Program-made: the position numbers and the translations under genes | Shown: positions 54,421 through 57,589 of the stretch, piece by piece | Numbering within the stretch: the stretch's first letter is position 1 | Layout: each line of letters opens with the position of its first letter | Source: Oscillospiraceae bacterium | GTDB taxonomy: Bacteria > Bacillota > Clostridia > Oscillospirales > CAG-272 | Length of the DNA stretch: 57,589 nt | NCBI GenBank assembly: GCA_015064345.1 | Contig: SVSK01000005.1 | Coordinates: 1 to 57,589, forward strand | Direction of reading: 5' to 3' | The notes under the pieces: generated by a model | Databases searched by the model: none | What the model was told of the DNA's origin: nothing | The model's input: only the letters and a program-made list of their open reading frames with translations

Positions 54421-55677
54421 ATGGCTAATATTCTTCGCGGTGCGGCTGTTGTCGGTCAGTCCGGCGGTCCTACAGCTGCTATCAATGCTACACTTTCAGG
54501 CGTTATCAAGGGATTCTTCGAGTCAAACGGTGCTGTTACCAAGCTTTACGGCATGAGAAACGGTATTGAGGGCTTCATCGGTGAGAGACTTTGCGATCTC
54601 GGTGAGATGTTCGCTGATGAAAGCGGCAAGCTCGACAACGAAAAGCTTGAGATGCTTATGTCTACTCCCGCAGCTGCTCTCGGCTCCTGCAGAAAGAAGC
54701 TTCCCAAGCCCGGTGACGATCCTGCGTTCTTCGAGAACCTTATCGCGCTCTTTAAGAAGTACGACATCCGCTACTTCTTCTACATCGGCGGTAACGACTC
54801 CATGGACACCGTTGCAAAGCTTACAGAATATCTCCGCACATCTGACTACGAAATGCGCGTTATGGGTGTTCCGAAGACAATCGACAACGACCTTGCAGGC
54901 ACAGACCACACACCCGGATTCGGCTCTGCCGCAAAGTTTATTGCAACAACAATGCAGGAGATCATCCGCGACTGTGCTGTATACACCACAAAGGCTGTTA
55001 CGATCGTTGAAATCATGGGACGTGACGCAGGTTGGCTTACTGCCGCTGCTGCTCTTCCCAGAGTTATCACAGGTATTGAGCCTGATTACGTTTACCTTCC
55101 CGAAGCACCTTTCTCAATGGAAGGCTTCTACAAGGATATTGAAGCTGCTTTCGAGCGTCATCCCAACATCGTTATTGCGGTTTCCGAGGGTGCAAGATTC
55201 GCGGACGGTCGCTACGTTGGTGAAGGCACACAGAGCGGCGCAACTGACGTATTCGGTCACAAATATCTTGAGGGTACAGGCAAGGCTCTTGAGAATGCTG
55301 TAAAGGAACATTTCGGTTGCAAGGTTCGCTCTATTGAACTGAATCTGCCCCAGAGATGCGCGGCTCACCTCACCTCCGCAACTGACCTTTCCGAGTCTCA
55401 GAACTGCGGTCTTACTGCTGTCAATTCCGCTGTATCAGGTGTGTCAGGCCATATGATCGCTATGGTTAGAGCTGAGGGCGACGAGTACAAGATCACATAC
55501 GAGCCCAAGGACGTTACAAAGATCGCTAACGCTGTTCGTGACGTTCCCCGCGAGTTCATCAATGAAGCAGGCAACAACGTTACAGACGAATGTCTCAACT
55601 ACATCAAGCCTCTTATCGAGGGTGAAACAAAGCTGTTCTTCAAGAACGGTCTGCCCGTACACTTTATCATTAAGTAA
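54421..55677 (+). CDS. pfp: Phosphofructokinase, predicted pyrophosphate-dependent (diphosphate--fructose-6-phosphate 1-phosphotransferase)
   Basis: PFK family motifs GGPTAAINA, GGNDSMDT and PKTIDNDL are present. The Asp in GGNDS and the Lys in PKTIDND occupy positions that are Gly/Gly in ATP-dependent PFKs. Confidence 0.8.
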   Translation: MANILRGAAVVGQSGGPTAAINATLSGVIKGFFESNGAVTKLYGMRNGIEGFIGERLCDLGEMFADESGKLDNEKLEMLMSTPAAALGSCRKKLPKPGDDPAFFENLIALFKKYDIRYFFYIGGNDSMDTVAKLTEYLRTSDYEMRVMGVPKTIDNDLAGTDHTPGFGSAAKFIATTMQEIIRDCAVYTTKAVTIVEIMGRDAGWLTAAAALPRVITGIEPDYVYLPEAPFSMEGFYKDIEAAFERHPNIVIAVSEGARFADGRYVGEGTQSGATDVFGHKYLEGTGKALENAVKEHFGCKVRSIELNLPQRCAAHLTSATDLSESQNCGLTAVNSAVSGVSGHMIAMVRAEGDEYKITYEPKDVTKIANAVRDVPREFINEAGNNVTDECLNYIKPLIEGETKLFFKNGLPVHFIIK

Positions 55678-55691
55678 TCTACAATATAACT

Positions 55692-55722
55692 AAACCTCCT
55701 ACGAAAAATAGGAGGTTTTTGT
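55692..55722. terminator. Bidirectional terminator between pfp and the convergent DUF11 gene
   Basis: AAACCTCCT (55692-55700) pairs with AGGAGGTTT (55710-55718), followed by TTGTT. Confidence 0.8.
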
Positions 55723-55724
55723 TA

Positions 55725-56573
55725 TTATATTGTGCCGGTTACAGTAATTACCGCTACACCGGGATCAATCACCCAGTTGCCGTCCGCATCCTGTGTGAAT
55801 GTTGCGGCAGGAACTGTTATCTCGCCGAGAACTGTAGCAAACTGACCTGTTGTTTCATCATAGGTGTAATTATCCGGGGATGTCCACGCTGTGCCGTTAT
55901 AAGTTACAGATAATCCTGAGAGGATCGGATCAAAGGTGTCTGTAACAACAACATTATCTGTTGCGGAAGCCGCCGTATTGCCGATGTTTTGAATAACAAA
56001 GGTGTAAGTGATCTGTCCGTTTTCTGTAACTGTGCTGGGGGACACTGATTTTGTAATCGTAAGCAGGGGTTCAGCAAGTACTGTAACAGTTTCGCTTACT
56101 GTTATTTCAGTAATACCGCCGCCACCGATTGTTGCTACGTTAATGATCTGACCACCAACCGTCGGAGGAGCAAAGTTATTCACTCTTGCGGTGTATATAA
56201 CTGTTGTCACTCCGTTTGCAGGCACGTTTATTCCGCTTATCACAAGATTATCGGTTGCGGTTACGGTAGGTGTAGGCTGAAGAACACCGTTTACGAAGTA
56301 GTTTACAGAACCTCCAACGTAATTAAGAGGACGAAGTGTTGTTGTATCAAATGTGTACTCACCGAGATTATCTGTAATCGTGAGTCCGGTGTAGGCTATA
56401 GCGCCTGAGTTTACAATGTTGATAACATACGTCACGTCAGAGCCTTGTGAGTACTCATTTACAACAGCAGTTTTGCTTGCTGACAATACCTCAATTATCT
56501 CACCGGTGGTGATATTTGAATTTACAACACCGCCGCTGTATGACAATGTTGCCTGGTTAAAGAAAGTTGCCAT
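55725..56573 (-). CDS. Leaderless protein with two DUF11-type (conserved repeat) beta-sandwich domains
   Basis: Two DUF11-like segments are present: SDVTYVINIVNSGAIAYTGLTITDNLG and GQITYTFVIQNIGNTAASATDNVVVTDTFDP. The protein is rich in Thr, Val, Asn and Gly. It has no Cys, signal peptide, TM helix or sorting motif. AGGAG RBS. Confidence 0.75.
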   Translation of the reverse strand: MATFFNQATLSYSGGVVNSNITTGEIIEVLSASKTAVVNEYSQGSDVTYVINIVNSGAIAYTGLTITDNLGEYTFDTTTLRPLNYVGGSVNYFVNGVLQPTPTVTATDNLVISGINVPANGVTTVIYTARVNNFAPPTVGGQIINVATIGGGGITEITVSETVTVLAEPLLTITKSVSPSTVTENGQITYTFVIQNIGNTAASATDNVVVTDTFDPILSGLSVTYNGTAWTSPDNYTYDETTGQFATVLGEITVPAATFTQDADGNWVIDPGVAVITVTGTI

Positions 56574-56657
56574 TTATTTTCTCCTTTTTGGTTTGTACAG
56601 GATTTCTCCTGTCACGACAGTATATGCTTCGGCGGTGAAATATGCTTGTCGATTTTT

Positions 56658-56690
56658 GCAAAAAAGAAAAGCCGCTACATAAAGCGACTT
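56658..56690 (-). terminator. Terminator after the HD-domain gene
   Basis: On the minus-strand RNA, AAGUCGCU pairs with AGCGGCUU (one G-U pair), followed by UUCUUUUUUG. Confidence 0.7.
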
Positions 56691-56711
56691 TGTCTTATTT
56701 ATTGTTTTGAC

Positions 56712-57281
56712 TTACTTTTTCAGTTCCCTCTCCATCTTTTTGAGAGAGTCATTTTTGAGAGTTGCTCTGAGTTCTTTAGTCCAGGGAGACCACTCGCAGT
56801 TCTCTTCCCCGTATACGAGCTGTTCGGTCATCTCAAGAGGTATCCATGTTGAGATATCCGCTTCATTATGAGAAATAACAACCTCAAGATTGTCAAGTGC
56901 CTTGAAAAGCTTTGCCTCCGGTGTTTTCATTTCCTCCATTTCAGCGAAAAGCTCTGTAAGCTCCATATCAAAATGGGGCGGTAGGTTGTCGAGCAACGTC
57001 TCAACTGCGATATCTTCCTTTGCTTCGTCGGCGTCTGTCTTGTAGAATGAAGGAATATCTCCTGTTACCGCTTCACCAAAATCGTGTACGAGACACATTT
57101 TGATAACCTTTTCGATATCAAGCTCCGGATATTCATCGCGGCACAGCATTGCCATGAGTGAAAGTCTCCAACTATGCTCCGCCACGCTTTCACGTCTGCC
57201 GGTAGATGTCCATGAGTGGCGTGTATAGCATTTCAGCTTTTCAACTTTACCAAGAAAATCTATAAAATCACGTGGTTTCAT
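56712..57281 (-). CDS. HD domain phosphohydrolase (YfbR-like 5'-nucleotidase family)
   Basis: ESVAEHSWRLSLMA carries the His, and LVHDFGEAVTGDIP carries the HD pair. Length is 189 aa. AGGAG RBS. Confidence 0.8.
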   Translation of the reverse strand: MKPRDFIDFLGKVEKLKCYTRHSWTSTGRRESVAEHSWRLSLMAMLCRDEYPELDIEKVIKMCLVHDFGEAVTGDIPSFYKTDADEAKEDIAVETLLDNLPPHFDMELTELFAEMEEMKTPEAKLFKALDNLEVVISHNEADISTWIPLEMTEQLVYGEENCEWSPWTKELRATLKNDSLKKMERELKK

Positions 57282-57305
57282 TTTATCACTCCTATATTTA
57301 TATAA

Positions 57306-57589
57306 TTATAGTTCAAGTTCCATTTTGATGTGCGGTATGCCGTGGTCAAGAAATTCGCCTGAGGTCTGAACAAATCCAAGCTTGTCGTACATCTCTCTGA
57401 CGTAAGTTTGCGCCTCGATTACGACACGGTCTGCGCCTAATTTTTCTCCTGCAACCTTAATGCCCTCTCGCATGAGACTTGTACCGATACCTTTACGTCT
57501 GTCAAGACACAGAACTCTACCGATTGCCACTTCATCAAATACTACACCTCGGTCGAGAACGCGAAGGTATGCAATAAGCTCTCCGTTAT
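57306..57589 (-). CDS. GNAT family N-acetyltransferase, C-terminal part (start lies beyond the window edge)
   Basis: The reading frame is open to the window end. The acetyl-CoA binding context is RRKGIGTSLMREG, and the stop is at 57306. Confidence 0.7.
   Translation of the reverse strand, partial: NGELIAYLRVLDRGVVFDEVAIGRVLCLDRRKGIGTSLMREGIKVAGEKLGADRVVIEAQTYVREMYDKLGFVQTSGEFLDHGIPHIKMELEL

Noticed and set aside
1-57589. A search of the whole window for CRISPR arrays, long direct or inverted repeats, IS elements, integrases, phage genes, toxin-antitoxin pairs, retron or DGR reverse transcriptases, and abrupt compositional shifts.
   Set aside because: I found none by eye. Composition and codon usage look uniform, and every large ORF is either housekeeping or an envelope-type hypothetical. 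This was a visual scan, not a computation, so short or degenerate repeats could have been missed.

Overview
This window looks like an ordinary, gene-dense chromosomal segment from an endospore-forming Firmicutes (Clostridia-type) genome. That placement is an inference from the spoIIAA-spoIIAB-sigF operon, a SpoIID/LytB protein, a SEDS protein, adjacent GluRS and GlnRS genes, a PPi-type phosphofructokinase and a BspA-type LRR protein; I cannot verify the taxon without a search. I call about 46 protein genes and one tRNA-Lys(UUU). I found no rRNA, CRISPR array, transposase, integrase or phage genes, and no recognisable riboswitch or T-box leader. Recognisable housekeeping genes are uxaB-uxaC, proB-proA-proC, pyk, proS, pcrA, trmB, a topoisomerase A subunit, tsaC, prfA, coaE, glnS, gltX, polA, spoIIAA-spoIIAB-sigF and pfp. 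Many genes are bracketed by clear rho-independent terminators, several of them bidirectional, and by near-consensus sigma-A promoters of the form TTGACA-N17-TGnTATAAT. I see no obvious defence or mobile system. The loci worth a second look are listed below.

- 5607-10836: an envelope-glycan operon with an apparently exported PIG-L deacetylase, a GT2-GtrA fusion, an unknown 511-aa membrane protein and a NAGPA-like phosphodiester glycosidase.
- 29519-30888: a translationally coupled pair of unknown cytoplasmic proteins, one with a poly-acidic tail, behind a consensus promoter.
- 31886-33908: a three-gene operon (DUF1700-like, DUF4097-like, stand-alone TSCPD) with no PadR regulator.
- 44134-44206: a stand-alone tRNA-Lys(UUU) with a C3-A70 acceptor-stem mismatch.
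- 55725-56657: a leaderless, cysteine-free DUF11 tandem-domain protein with no sigma-A promoter upstream.

All functional calls rest on motif recognition by eye and need HMM or BLAST confirmation.
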